A stretch of 32,000 bases of DNA from Cupriavidus necator (GCF_016127575.1 NZ_CP066018.1:1680001-1712000); one strand, 5' to 3'. Positions 1 through 8,674 are shown, counted from the stretch's first letter. Translations and numbers: made by a program. Notes: generated by a model from the sequence alone, not told the origin.

Positions 1-388
1 CGGCCGATGCCGCCAGCGCCGGCAACAGCCGGTCGCCCGGGCCGAACAGCAGCTCGGCGCGGTCGGTATCGGCCAGCGACACCGCCTGCGCCAGCGCGCG
101 GCGCGGGTCGGGATCGGCGTCGCGGACCACGTGCGCGATGCGCACCGGGCCGTTGCCGGCGTTGACGGCGTCGAACATGACCTTGGCCCCGGCCAGGTAG
201 TCGCGCGCAAGGTCGGCTTGTGCGCCGCCGCGGTCGAGCAGGTGGCCGACCACGACCGTGCGGCGCGCCTGCGACAGTGCTGGCCAGGCGGGCAGGGCCA
301 GGGCCGCGCCGGCGGCGGCAAGCAGGCGGCGCCGGTGCCGGGCCGGTGCTGCCAGGTGCCTGCGCAGCGGTGGGTACGGCGGAAACAT
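1..388 (-). CDS. periplasmic substrate-binding protein, type-1 PBP (Leu/Ile/Val-binding-like); N-terminal part only, 3' end outside window
   Basis: Not in the ORF track because it runs off the window. The reverse complement from CAT 386-388 reads MFPPYPPLRRHLAAPARHRRRLLAAAGAALALPAWPALSQARRTVVVGHLLDRGGAQADLARDYLAGAKVMFDAVNAGNGPVRIAHVV... This is an RR-containing signal-like N-terminus followed by a pattern I associate with ABC amino-acid binding proteins. GC3 is high. Confidence 0.4.
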   Translation of the reverse strand, partial: MFPPYPPLRRHLAAPARHRRRLLAAAGAALALPAWPALSQARRTVVVGHLLDRGGAQADLARDYLAGAKVMFDAVNAGNGPVRIAHVVRDADPDPRRALAQAVSLADTDRAELLFGPGDRLLPALAASA

Positions 389-514
389 CGGAGTCTGGTC
401 GGGAGTTGGCATTGCAGGGGGGCAGGTGACGCGCGGGCCGGCGGTGGCGCGCAGCGTATCCGCCACACATGACATCAATGTGACGCCTGCCGCCCGCAGG
501 TCCAATGCCCGCGC

Positions 515-528
515 TTGACGGCGGTCAA
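515..528. promoter_or_regulatory. FNR/Anr-type CRP-family box TTGAC-GGCG-GTCAA upstream of hemN
   Basis: Exact 5+4+5 palindrome centred about 67 bp upstream of the preferred hemN ATG (589). hemN is a classical FNR/Anr target in proteobacteria. Confidence 0.6.
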
Positions 529-588
529 CGCGCCAGCGGCGGTGCGGCCCTACGATGGGCCGTCATACACCCATACCCCCGCGCCCCC

Positions 589-2073
589 ATGATCCCGTCT
601 GCCATAACTTCCCCTGCGCCCGACCGCCGCGCGCTGTCCGACTTCCGTGCGCTGGCCGGCCGCATCGACGGCAACGGCCCGCGCTATACCTCGTACCCGA
701 CGGCCGACCGCTTCCACAACGGCCCCGACCTGTCGCTGTACCACGACGCACTGGCCGCCTGCCGCGCCGACGCGCCGGCGCCGCTGTCGCTGTACCTGCA
801 TATCCCGTTCTGCGAGAACATCTGCTACTACTGCGGCTGCAACAAGATCATCACGCGCGACCATGGCCGCAGCGCCCGCTACGTCAACTACCTGGGCCGC
901 GAAATGGCGCTGGTGGCAGACCGGCTCGGGCCGCGCCGCCAGGTGCTGCAGTCGCACTGGGGCGGGGGCACGCCGACCTTCCTCGACCCCGGCGAGATGC
1001 GCCGCGTGATGGCGCTGCTGCATGAGCATTTCGAGCTGGCGGCCGAGGGCGAGCATTCGATCGAGATCGATCCGCGCCGCGTCGACCACGCCCGCATGGC
1101 GCTGCTGGCCGAACTGGGCTTCAACCGCGTCAGCCTGGGCGTGCAGGATTTCGATCCCGAGGTCCAGCAGGCCATCCATCGCATCCAGCCCTTCGAAGAG
1201 ACCCGCGCCGTGGTGGATGCCGCACGCACGCTGGGTTTCCGCTCGGTCAGCCTGGACCTGATCTACGGCCTGCCGCACCAGACCGCGGCGCGCTTTGGCC
1301 GCACCATCGATCAGGTGCTGGCGCTGCGCCCCGACCGGCTCTCGGTCTATAGCTACGCGCACCTGCCGCATGTGTTCAAGCCGCAACGCCGCATCGATGA
1401 AAACGCCTTGCCGCCCGCCGGCGAGAAGCTCGACATCCTGGTCTCCACCATCGAGCGGCTGAGCGCCGAGGGCTACGTCTACATAGGTATGGACCATTTC
1501 GCGCTGCCCGACGACGACCTCGCCGTGGCCCAGCGCGAAGGGCGGCTGCAGCGCAACTTCCAGGGTTACTCAACGCATGCCGGCTACGACCAGGTCGGGC
1601 TCGGCATTTCCGCGATCGGCGCGATCGCGGGGCGCTACGTGCAGAATGCGCGCACGCTGGACGAGTACTACGGCGCGCTCGACCACGGCCGCCTGCCGCT
1701 GGCGCGCGGCGTGGCGATGAGCGCCGACGACCACCTGCGGCGCGAGATCATCGGCGCCCTGATGTGCAATGGAGTGCTCGATATCCCGGCGCTGGAAGCG
1801 CGCCACGGCATCCGCTTCGGCACGGCCTTTGCGCCGGAACTGGCCGACCTCGCCGCGCTGGGCGCGGACGGACTGGTGCAATGCGCCCCGGACCGCATCA
1901 CCGTGACGCCGCTGGGCCGGCTGCTGGTGCGGCGCGTGGCGATGGTGTTCGACCGCTACCTGCGTGAAGACGCCGCGCGGCCAGCGTCCACGGGTGCCCA
2001 GGCCGTTGCCGCCAACGATGGCGCGCAGCCGGTGCGCTTCGTGCCGCGGGCGCGGTACTCGCGCGTGGTGTAG
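589..2073 (+). CDS. hemN: oxygen-independent coproporphyrinogen III oxidase (radical SAM)
   Basis: ORF 505..2073 contains [10 protein letters not shown], the radical-SAM motif [13 protein letters not shown] and [10 protein letters not shown] prefer the start at M29 (589) because the 505 start would place the FNR box inside the coding sequence. E. coli HemN has a similarly short N-terminus before GPRYTSYPT. Confidence 0.92.
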
Positions 2074-2096
2074 CGGCCGCGCAAGCGGTACGGACG

Positions 2097-2133
2097 AAAA
2101 AAAGCCCGCGCAATGTGCGCGGGCTTTTTGTTT
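2097..2133. terminator. bidirectional rho-independent terminator between convergent hemN and cytochrome c gene
   Basis: A7 tract, stem GCCCGCGC (2104-2111), loop AATGT, stem GCGCGGGC (2117-2124), then TTTTTGTTT. Confidence 0.8.
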
Positions 2134-2146
2134 GCAGCAGGCGGAC

Positions 2147-3040
2147 TTACTTGGCGGCGTTGGCCATGTAGTCCGAGGCGGCGATCACGTCGGCGTCCGG
2201 GCCGGCGTAGCCACCCTTGGGCGGCATCACGCCCTTGCCCTTGAGCGCAAAGTTGTGGACCGCGTCCATGCCTTCCTTCAGGCGCGGCGCCCAGGCGGCC
2301 TTGTCGCCGAACTTGGGCGCACCGGCCACGCCGGCGGCGTGGCAGGCGGCGCAGACCTGCTCGTAGACCTTCTTGCCCACGTCGGCCGAGGCGGCCGGCG
2401 CTGCAGCGGGTGCGGCGGCAGCAGCTGCCGGGGCCGCTGCCGAGGGAGCTGCCGGTGCAGGCGCGGCACCGGCGGCCGGAGCGGCGGCGGCTTCAGGGGC
2501 TGCGGCAGTCGCCGGCGCGGCGGCAGCCGGGGCAGCCGGTTCCGGGAACTTGGCACCGCCGGCGTCGGCCATGTAGACCACGGCACGGGCCAGTTCGTAG
2601 TCGGCGTAGTCGTCCGGCGTGGTGCCGGCACGCGCGGCCATCGCGCCCTTGCCGTTTATCACCGACTTCATCAGGCCGTCAAAGCCCTGGCCGATGCGCG
2701 CGGTCCAGTCGCCGGCGTTGGCGTACTTGGGTGCGCCCGCTGCGCCGGTGGCGTGGCACGCGGCGCAGATTTCCTTGTAGACCTGCTCGCCCGTCTTGAA
2801 GACGCGCGGCGCGTTGGGATCCTTGATTTCGAGCGAGGCAACCGGCTTGATGCGGTCGTTGACGGCTTCCGCCGTGGTGGCGGCGCCGGCGCTTTCAGTC
2901 GAGCCGTGTCCGACAAAGTTGACCAGCAGAATGATCACGATGATCGGCACCAGGAAAGCCGCGATCACAACTGCGATCAGTTGCTTCGGGGTCTTGATGG
3001 GAGACTCGTGTTCGTCGTGTTCGTTGTGGACGTCGCTCAT
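2147..3040 (-). CDS. membrane-anchored dihaem cytochrome c (c5-type) with Ala/Pro-rich interdomain linker
   Basis: Two CxxCH motifs (CAACHATG, CAACHAAG), each in a c5-like context (GAPKxxxxxxW...). There is an N-terminal TM helix LIAVVIAAFLVPIIVIILLV and a roughly 55-aa A/P linker. Confidence 0.85.
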   Translation of the reverse strand: MSDVHNEHDEHESPIKTPKQLIAVVIAAFLVPIIVIILLVNFVGHGSTESAGAATTAEAVNDRIKPVASLEIKDPNAPRVFKTGEQVYKEICAACHATGAAGAPKYANAGDWTARIGQGFDGLMKSVINGKGAMAARAGTTPDDYADYELARAVVYMADAGGAKFPEPAAPAAAAPATAAAPEAAAAPAAGAAPAPAAPSAAAPAAAAAAPAAAPAASADVGKKVYEQVCAACHAAGVAGAPKFGDKAAWAPRLKEGMDAVHNFALKGKGVMPPKGGYAGPDADVIAASDYMANAAK

Positions 3041-3501
3041 ACAGAACTCTCAGTTTTGCAGGAAACCTTCTGGCCGCTTACGCTCGGCTTGCTTATTCTG
3101 GCCCGGTCTTGGTCACTCGCTGACCGCTGTCCGGCCCCATGCGGACCGCCCGTGCTGGCTGCGGCCCTTGCCTGACTTGGGTCTGTTGCTATTTGCGCGC
3201 TGCGGACTGTCTCCCGGACCGGACCTGATTGTCGCCGACAACAAGCCGCGCGGCCTTGACCCCGGTCGACTCATTGCATCGGCGGTGTGGCGGGCACGAT
3301 TTGACGCAAATAGCTGGCGATTATAGCGCCAAAGGCCCCCCGCCAGTGCCAAAAAGCGGCGGTTGCGAGACGTTCCCTGAAGCCCCTGGCGGGCCCGCAT
3401 GGACGGCACGGGGCAAACGCGGTATCCTATACGACTTTCCTGCGGCGGCACTCGCCCGCCGCAACCGCTGTACCCACAAACCGGTTGCAAAACCGTCCTG
3501 T

Positions 3502-3577
3502 GCGCCCGTAGCTCAATGGATAGAGTACTGCCCTCCGAAGGCAGGGGTTGCTGGTTCGATCCCAGCCGGGCGCGCCA
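3502..3577 (+). tRNA. tRNA-Arg (anticodon CCG), CCA encoded
   Basis: Hand-folded 76-nt cloverleaf. Acceptor GCGCCCG/CGGGCGC, D-arm GCTC-AATGGATA-GAGT, anticodon arm CTGCC-CTCCGAA-GGCAG, variable GGGTT, T-arm GCTGG-TTCGATC-CCAGC, discriminator G plus CCA. Confidence 0.9.
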
Positions 3578-4053
3578 AAATTCCTCCCGAAGTTTAGTGC
3601 GATGACACTGGCCAGCTTCCGCAGCCCGCGTTCGCCGCTGGCGTGGCCCCAGTTGTCGTTGATGCGCTTGAAGCGGTCGATATCGATCATCAGCATCGAC
3701 ATCGGCGTCTTGTCGCGCAGGCAGTGCTCGTACTCGATGCCGAAGCGCGCCTCGAACTCGCGGCGGTTGGTCAGGCCCGTCAGCGCGTCGGTCTCGGGCA
3801 GCGCGCGCAGCGCTTCGCCGCGCGCCAGGCAGTGCGAGAACAGCTTGCCAATGCCCTGCAAGGTGACCCACATCAGCAACGCCAGCGCCAGCGCGCTGGC
3901 GGCCAGCACGGCGCTCAGGTGCAACGCAGTGCGCAGCAGCAGGTCGGCGGCGGAGAAGTAGTCGACCAGCGCCAGGGTGCTGTTGCCGATGCGCTGGAAC
4001 ATGATGCGGCTGCCGTCGGCTGCGCGCAGCGTGCCCGAACCGCGCCGGAACAT
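3578..4053 (-). pseudogene. 3'-truncated diguanylate cyclase (GGDEF-domain) gene fragment ending at the tRNA-Arg 3' end
   Basis: ORF 3427..4053(-) carries one TM helix and then the first half of a GGDEF domain (TDALTGLTNRREFE...MLMIDIDRFKRINDNWGHASGERGLRKLASVI). Similarity stops about 10 aa before where the GG[DE]EF motif should be. The reading frame then continues only as antisense of the tRNA (GAPGWDRTSNP). Confidence 0.7.
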
Positions 4054-4209
4054 TTCACATCAGCGGGTCAGCACAGCGGGCGCGGCTTTAAATCGCGCCC
4101 TGAAAACTCTCAGCACGCACCTCGCCGTGCCGCGCGCCAGTGCTGATAGATTCACTCGATCCACGCAATCTCGCGCGGCGGGCCGTGTGCCGCGCTCCCG
4201 GAAACCACC

Positions 4210-5035
4210 ATGGCAATTTCGACAACGCCCCTGCGCAAGCTGGGCGGCGTGCTGGCAGCACTGTTGCTCGCCGGCGCAGCAACCTCGGTGTCCGCTGCGC
4301 CGCTGAGCCTGCCGGGTTCGCTCCCCAATATGGCCGGGCTTGGCATTGGCTCTACCACCGAGTTTGCCGGCGGCAAGGACCGCATGATCGGCGTGGTGCC
4401 GGGCCTGCGTTATGTCACGCCGGGCGGCCGGCTGCTGGAATGGTATGGCCCGTATGCGCAGTTCAACTTTGGCGGGCTAACCGGTTTCCAGTGGGGACCG
4501 GCAGTGGGGTTGCGCCTTGGACGCAACGACGTTGACGATCCGGTGGTCTCGCGCCTGCACGAGATCGACACCACGTTCGAGGCCGGCGGCTACGTCGGCT
4601 ATGAATACCTGAACCAGGGCCGTGTCCCCTGGCGCTTGCGCGGCGGCGTCAACGTGATGACCAATGCCGGCATCATCTACGGCGGCACGCATATCGCTGC
4701 AACGGGTTCGCTGTGGGTGCCGCAGCACCCGCGGGTCTATGCGGGAGCCGGCCTGGGCGCGACGTGGGTCAGCGGCAGTTTCAACCGCACCTATTTCGGC
4801 GTCACCCCGTCGGATTCGGCGGCCAGCGGCCTGCCTGTCTATAGCCGGGCGGGGGCCTGGAACAGTTCACCGGCTGGCTGGCGTTGCTCTACCAGTTCGA
4901 CAAGCACTGGTATGGGGGGCGATGGTGTACGGCCAGCGCCTGACCGGCGATGCCGCCGACAGCCCCATCGTGACCCAGCGCGGCACGCGCAACCAGGTCA
5001 CTTACGGGGTTGGCATCGGCTATGCGTGGCGGTAG
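4210..5035 (+). pseudogene. MipA/OmpV-family outer-membrane protein, interrupted by two apparent 1-nt deletions (or homopolymer sequencing errors)
   Basis: Signal peptide (LAALLLAGAATSVSAAP) and MipA-like body in frame 1 up to about 4850. The family-like text continues in frame 3 (GLEQFTGWLALLYQFDKHWYGG, 4854-4919). It then continues in frame 2 to the TAG at 5033-5035 (AMVYGQRLTGDAADSPIVTQRGTRNQVTYGVGIGYAWR). Both shifts lie at G-runs (4847-4855 and 4914-4919). Confidence 0.7.
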
Positions 5036-5063
5036 TGCCACCAGCGCTTGCTATGATCCCACC

Positions 5064-5468
5064 ATGACCGACGATCTCGTCATCCCCCATCACGAATACC
5101 TGATCACGGCGATCCGGGCGCAGGGTGCGGGCGGCCAGAACATCAACAAGGTGTCCAATGCCGTGCACCTGCGCTACGACGTGCATGCATCCTCGCTCGC
5201 GCCCGACCACAAGGAACGCCTGCTGGCGCTGCACGACCACCGCATCACGCGCGACGGCGTGGTGGTGATCAAGGCGCAGCAGTTCCGCAGCCTCGACCAG
5301 AACCGCGACGAAGCGGTGCGGCGGCTGCACGAACTGGTGCGCAGCGTGGCCACGCCGCCGCGCGTGCGCCGTGCCACGCGGCCCACGCTGGCATCACGCC
5401 GGCGCCGGCTGGAATCCAAGAGCCAGCGCAGTCAGGTCAAGGTGCTGCGGGGCCGGGTGGTCGACTAG
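5064..5468 (+). CDS. arfB: alternative ribosome-rescue factor ArfB (YaeJ), GGQ peptidyl-tRNA hydrolase
   Basis: ITAIRAQGAGGQNINKVSNAVHLRYD... with a basic C-terminal tail RRATRPTLASRRRRLESKSQRSQVKVLRGR, collinear with E. coli YaeJ. I prefer the start at M19 of ORF 5010..5468 (134 aa). Confidence 0.9.
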   Translation: MTDDLVIPHHEYLITAIRAQGAGGQNINKVSNAVHLRYDVHASSLAPDHKERLLALHDHRITRDGVVVIKAQQFRSLDQNRDEAVRRLHELVRSVATPPRVRRATRPTLASRRRRLESKSQRSQVKVLRGRVVD

Positions 5469-5486
5469 CGCCGCAGCAGTCCGGCT

Positions 5487-6584
5487 TCAGGTCCCGGTCT
5501 TGAATGCCGCGAGCGCCGGCACGTTGTCGCCGGCATCCGCCTGCGGCGGCCCGAAGCGCGCGCCCGGGCGCCGGTAAGCCGGAAAGAAGCCACCCAGGTC
5601 ATACAGCGTGGCTTTGTCACCGCCGGACAGCGCCACGTACCGGTCGGGGTTCACCACAAGGCGCTGGGTCCGGTACACATGCGTATCGTGCGAAAAGCCG
5701 CGCTTGAACTCATACAGCGAGTCTTTGACCGAACCCAGCCCGCCGCCCAGGTGCAGGTAGCGCAGGCCGTTGGTGCGGCCCCATTCGCGCGCGGCATGGA
5801 TCACGGTCTTGGTCGGCTGGAGGTGGCGGTACGCCCAGTCCCAGGCGGACAGGTGATATTGCATGATGCCCGTCCCCCGGGCCACGGTGAACAGCGCCGC
5901 GCCGAGCATGCAGCCGTCTTCCTCAGCCACGAACAGCAGCAGGTCGTCGCCCAGCGCGCGCACCAGGGTGCGGTAGTACTGCGTGTCGAAGAAGTAGTAG
6001 GGCAACGCGCCCAGGCGCGCCATGGTCGCGTTGTACAGCGCGATAAAGCGCGGCAGCCTGGCGAAATCACGGTCCAGGCGTGCGCTCACGCCGGCACGCC
6101 GGGCGCGGTTGATGCCCTGCCTGTGGCGCGCCTGCGTTTCGTGCCATAGCTGCTCGGCACTCTTGGTCAGGTCGACGGATACCGTCTCGCCCTGATCCAC
6201 CACCAGCCCGAGGCGGCTGTCCCAGTCGGCATTGAGCAGTGGGTGCAGGCGGATAAACCACGACACGCAGCCGCACTCGCGCAGCAGCGCGAGCGCCGCG
6301 CCCAGTGCCTCCTCGGCAAAGCCGGCCGGGACATCGGTGCTCAACACCGGGCCGCCGTAGCCATAGGCCGAGGTGGCATCCCAGCTGCCGCAGCCAATGG
6401 GCCGGCGCACCAGCGGAACCAGCAATTCGTGGGCGCCGTCACGCACCAGCACCGCGGCGGCGCTGCCGTGGTCGCTACGCTCAGCGGCAGTATGCCAGCC
6501 AGGCGTGTGGTAGCAATCATGGCGACATCGCGCCAGCGTGTCGCGCCACGCGGGGCTTGTCGGTTCCAGCACGCTCGATCGCAT
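5487..6584 (-). CDS. FemAB-like GNAT acyl/aminoacyl-transferase family protein (Acetyltransf_6-like)
   Basis: 365-aa ORF with high GC3 and GGGAG 7 nt upstream of the ATG. The C-terminal half (LLLFVAEEDGCMLGAALFTVARGTGIMQYHLSAWD...YLHLGGGLGSVKDSLYEFKRGF) resembles the FemAB/BioF2-like GNAT fold. The family call is from memory, not from a search. Confidence 0.6.
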   Translation of the reverse strand: MRSSVLEPTSPAWRDTLARCRHDCYHTPGWHTAAERSDHGSAAAVLVRDGAHELLVPLVRRPIGCGSWDATSAYGYGGPVLSTDVPAGFAEEALGAALALLRECGCVSWFIRLHPLLNADWDSRLGLVVDQGETVSVDLTKSAEQLWHETQARHRQGINRARRAGVSARLDRDFARLPRFIALYNATMARLGALPYYFFDTQYYRTLVRALGDDLLLFVAEEDGCMLGAALFTVARGTGIMQYHLSAWDWAYRHLQPTKTVIHAAREWGRTNGLRYLHLGGGLGSVKDSLYEFKRGFSHDTHVYRTQRLVVNPDRYVALSGGDKATLYDLGGFFPAYRRPGARFGPPQADAGDNVPALAAFKTGT

Positions 6585-6605
6585 CGAAAACTCCCTGTCA
6601 GGTAG

Positions 6606-6639
6606 CCGGCGCCGCGCCAGAGTCAGGCCGCGGCGCCGG
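6606..6639 (-). terminator. strong GC hairpin downstream of htpX (11-bp perfect stem, no U-tract)
   Basis: CCGGCGCCGCG (6606-6616) pairs with CGCGGCGCCGG (6629-6639). It lies in the 74-bp gap between the htpX stop and the start of the GNAT gene. The lack of a T-run makes the terminator role uncertain. Confidence 0.4.
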
Positions 6640-6658
6640 GCATTGCTTGCCCCGGGCT

Positions 6659-7537
6659 TCAGCGCGCGGATTGCAGCGCGGCAATGCGCTGCTCAATGGG
6701 CGGATGGCTCGAGAACAGCGCCATCCACGACTTGCCGCCGGCGATGCCCATCGCCTGCATGTTCTGCGGCAGGCCATCCGGCTCCAGGCCGCCCAGGCGG
6801 CGCAGCGCCGCCACCATCGGCGTGGGCGTGCCCATCATGCCGGCCGCGCCCGCATCGGCACGGAACTCGCGGCGGCGCGAGAACCACGCCACGATGATGC
6901 TGGCCAGGATGCCGAACACGATCTCGCAGACGATCACCGTGACCATGTAGCCGATGCCAGGGCCGCTCGATTCCTCATCGTTCTTGCGCAGCATCGAATC
7001 GACGAAGTAGCCGACCACGCGCGCCAGGAAGATCACGAAGGTGTTGACCACGCCCTGGATCAGCGTCAGCGTGACCATGTCGCCGTTGGCCACGTGCGCG
7101 ACCTCGTGCGCCAGCACGGCTTCCACTTCTTCATGGGACATCGATTGCAGGAGGCCGGTGGACACCGCTACCAGCGAGCTGTTCCTGGTCGCGCCGGTGG
7201 CGAAGGCATTGGGTTCGCCATCGTAGATGGCAACTTCCGGCATCGGCAGGCCGGCGCGCTGCGCCAGCTTTTCGACGGTCTGCACCAGCCACAGCTCGGT
7301 GCTGGTGCTGGGATGGGTGATGACCTGCGCGCCGGTCGACCATTTGGCGATGGTCTTGGACATCAGCAGCGAGATAAAGGCGCCACCGAAGCCCATCAGG
7401 GCGGCGAACGCCAGCAGCGTGCCCAGGTTCAGGCCATTGGCGGTCAGGAAGCGGTTCACCCCCAGTACGCTGGCGGTGATGCTGAGGACAAGCATGACGG
7501 CGAGGTTGGTCGCCAGGAAAAGCAATACGCGTTTCAT
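6659..7537 (-). CDS. htpX: membrane zinc metalloprotease HtpX (M48)
   Basis: [18 protein letters not shown]..., HExxH motif in [14 protein letters not shown], four TM segments, typical HtpX length (292 aa). Confidence 0.95.
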   Translation of the reverse strand: MKRVLLFLATNLAVMLVLSITASVLGVNRFLTANGLNLGTLLAFAALMGFGGAFISLLMSKTIAKWSTGAQVITHPSTSTELWLVQTVEKLAQRAGLPMPEVAIYDGEPNAFATGATRNSSLVAVSTGLLQSMSHEEVEAVLAHEVAHVANGDMVTLTLIQGVVNTFVIFLARVVGYFVDSMLRKNDEESSGPGIGYMVTVIVCEIVFGILASIIVAWFSRRREFRADAGAAGMMGTPTPMVAALRRLGGLEPDGLPQNMQAMGIAGGKSWMALFSSHPPIEQRIAALQSAR

Positions 7538-7660
7538 GTGTATGGAGCAGTGGTGTGTAGGGCGGTACAGCCAGGATGCGGACGGGCCGCAGACGCGCGC
7601 CGCACGCTCAGGCGCGGCACGCAGGAACAGGCGGACGCGGCCAGGCCGCGCCGGTGGGAC

Positions 7661-8014
7661 TCAGGCGCTCGGCGGACGCGGCAGCCGCGGCAGGTCGGGT
7701 TCGGGCAGCGGGGCGCCGGCATAGCGCGGCGGCCCGGCGCGGCCGCCCCAGGCGGCCAGGCACAACGGAGATGCCGGCAGCAGTTGCTCGGCAAGGTCGG
7801 CGCCGGGCTGCCACCGCGGCTCGGCGGCTTCGGAGGCGGGCGACGGCTCGCCCGTTGCGGCAACGCCGGCAGCGTCGTCGTTGCCGATGTTGGCCGCTGG
7901 CGCGGCCGACATTTCGCCGGTGGCCACCTCGGCGTGCGCGAACGCCGCCGCCCAGCCCGGCAGGGGCAGGAAGGCCAGCATCATGACCAGCAGAAGTAGC
8001 CGGAGGGAGCGCAC
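7661..8014 (-). CDS. hypothetical small secreted protein (signal peptide plus low-complexity A/P/E region)
   Basis: GTG start, signal peptide MRSLRLLLLVMMLAFLPLPGWAAAFA|H, high GC3. It has no recognisable SD and no family recognised. Confidence 0.4.
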   Translation of the reverse strand: MRSLRLLLLVMMLAFLPLPGWAAAFAHAEVATGEMSAAPAANIGNDDAAGVAATGEPSPASEAAEPRWQPGADLAEQLLPASPLCLAAWGGRAGPPRYAGAPLPEPDLPRLPRPPSA

Positions 8015-8174
8015 GAAGGGGGACGGCTTATCGGTAGATGTAGGAGGAATTCTACAGGATGCGGCAAGGCACAGGCGCCGCCCTGCAGGGTCCGTCGCAC
8101 GTCGGCGTCACTCGCTCAATATGTGCCGTATCAGTAACTCCTGCAAGACCTGCCAGACTGGCCTACACTGTCGC

Positions 8175-8199
8175 CTACCCTGTAGTAGTTACAGGGTAG
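8175..8199. promoter_or_regulatory. MerR-family (CadR/PbrR-type) operator: perfect inverted repeat CTACCCTGTA-GTAGT-TACAGGGTAG
   Basis: 10-bp perfect arms with a 5-bp centre. The ACCCTnTAG...CTAnAGGGT core resembles CadR/PbrR operators. It is embedded in a candidate long-spacer promoter TCGCCT-N20-TAGAAA on the + strand, 17 nt upstream of the regulator ATG. Confidence 0.65.
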
Positions 8200-8218
8200 A
8201 AAACGAGGGCCAGGCACC

Positions 8219-8674
8219 ATGCGCATCGGCGAACTCTCCCGTACCAGCGGCTGCGATGTCGAGACCATCCGCTATTACGAACGCGAAGGCCTGCTCGACG
8301 CGCCCCGGCGCGAGGCCAACGGCTATCGCCGCTATGACGACGGCCACCTGGTCCAGCTGAATTTCGTGCGCCACTGCCGCTCGCTCGGCATGGGCCTGTC
8401 GGATGTGCGGCGGCTGCGCGAGTTCGAGCGCAATCCGTCGCAGGACTGCGACGACATCAATACGCTGCTGGACCGCCAGATCGCGCAGATCCATGCGCAG
8501 CGGGTGGCGCTGGAGGCGCTGGAAGGGCAGTTGCGCGCGCTGCGCGAGACCTGCCACCACCACCAGCCCGCCAGTGAATGCGGCATCCTGCAGAACCTGC
8601 AGCAGGCCGCCGCCGGTGCGGCCTGCGAATGCCATGCGGGCGCGCACGAGGCCGGGCCTGCTGCCAACGGGTGA
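8219..8674 (+). CDS. MerR-family heavy-metal-responsive regulator, PbrR/CadR subtype
   Basis: N-terminal MRIGELSRTSGCDVETIRYYEREGLL HTH. Cys77/Cys112/Cys121 spacing matches the PbrR/CadR metal triad. The C-terminal tail is Cys/His-rich (CECHAGAHE). Confidence 0.85.
   Translation: MRIGELSRTSGCDVETIRYYEREGLLDAPRREANGYRRYDDGHLVQLNFVRHCRSLGMGLSDVRRLREFERNPSQDCDDINTLLDRQIAQIHAQRVALEALEGQLRALRETCHHHQPASECGILQNLQQAAAGAACECHAGAHEAGPAANG

Noticed and set aside
505-588. Longer hemN start (ATG 505)
   Set aside because: It would put the FNR palindrome (515-528) inside the coding sequence. It would also add an N-terminal extension not seen in HemN as I remember it. The ATG at 589 fits the spacing to GPRYTSYPT.
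2385-2545. GC-rich quasi-repetitive DNA (gcggc/gccgc units) that looked like a tandem repeat array
   Set aside because: It is the in-frame Ala/Pro-rich linker between the two haem domains of the cytochrome c5 gene. It has no fixed repeat unit or spacer structure.
3316-3326. GGCGATTATAG (minus-strand CTATAATCGCC, a perfect TATAAT) shared with 13956-13966; considered as a promoter for the cytochrome c5 gene
   Set aside because: Unlike the 13960 copy, there is no acceptable -35 at 16-18 nt; TTGGCA lies 21 nt away. The 11-mer match alone is within chance expectation.
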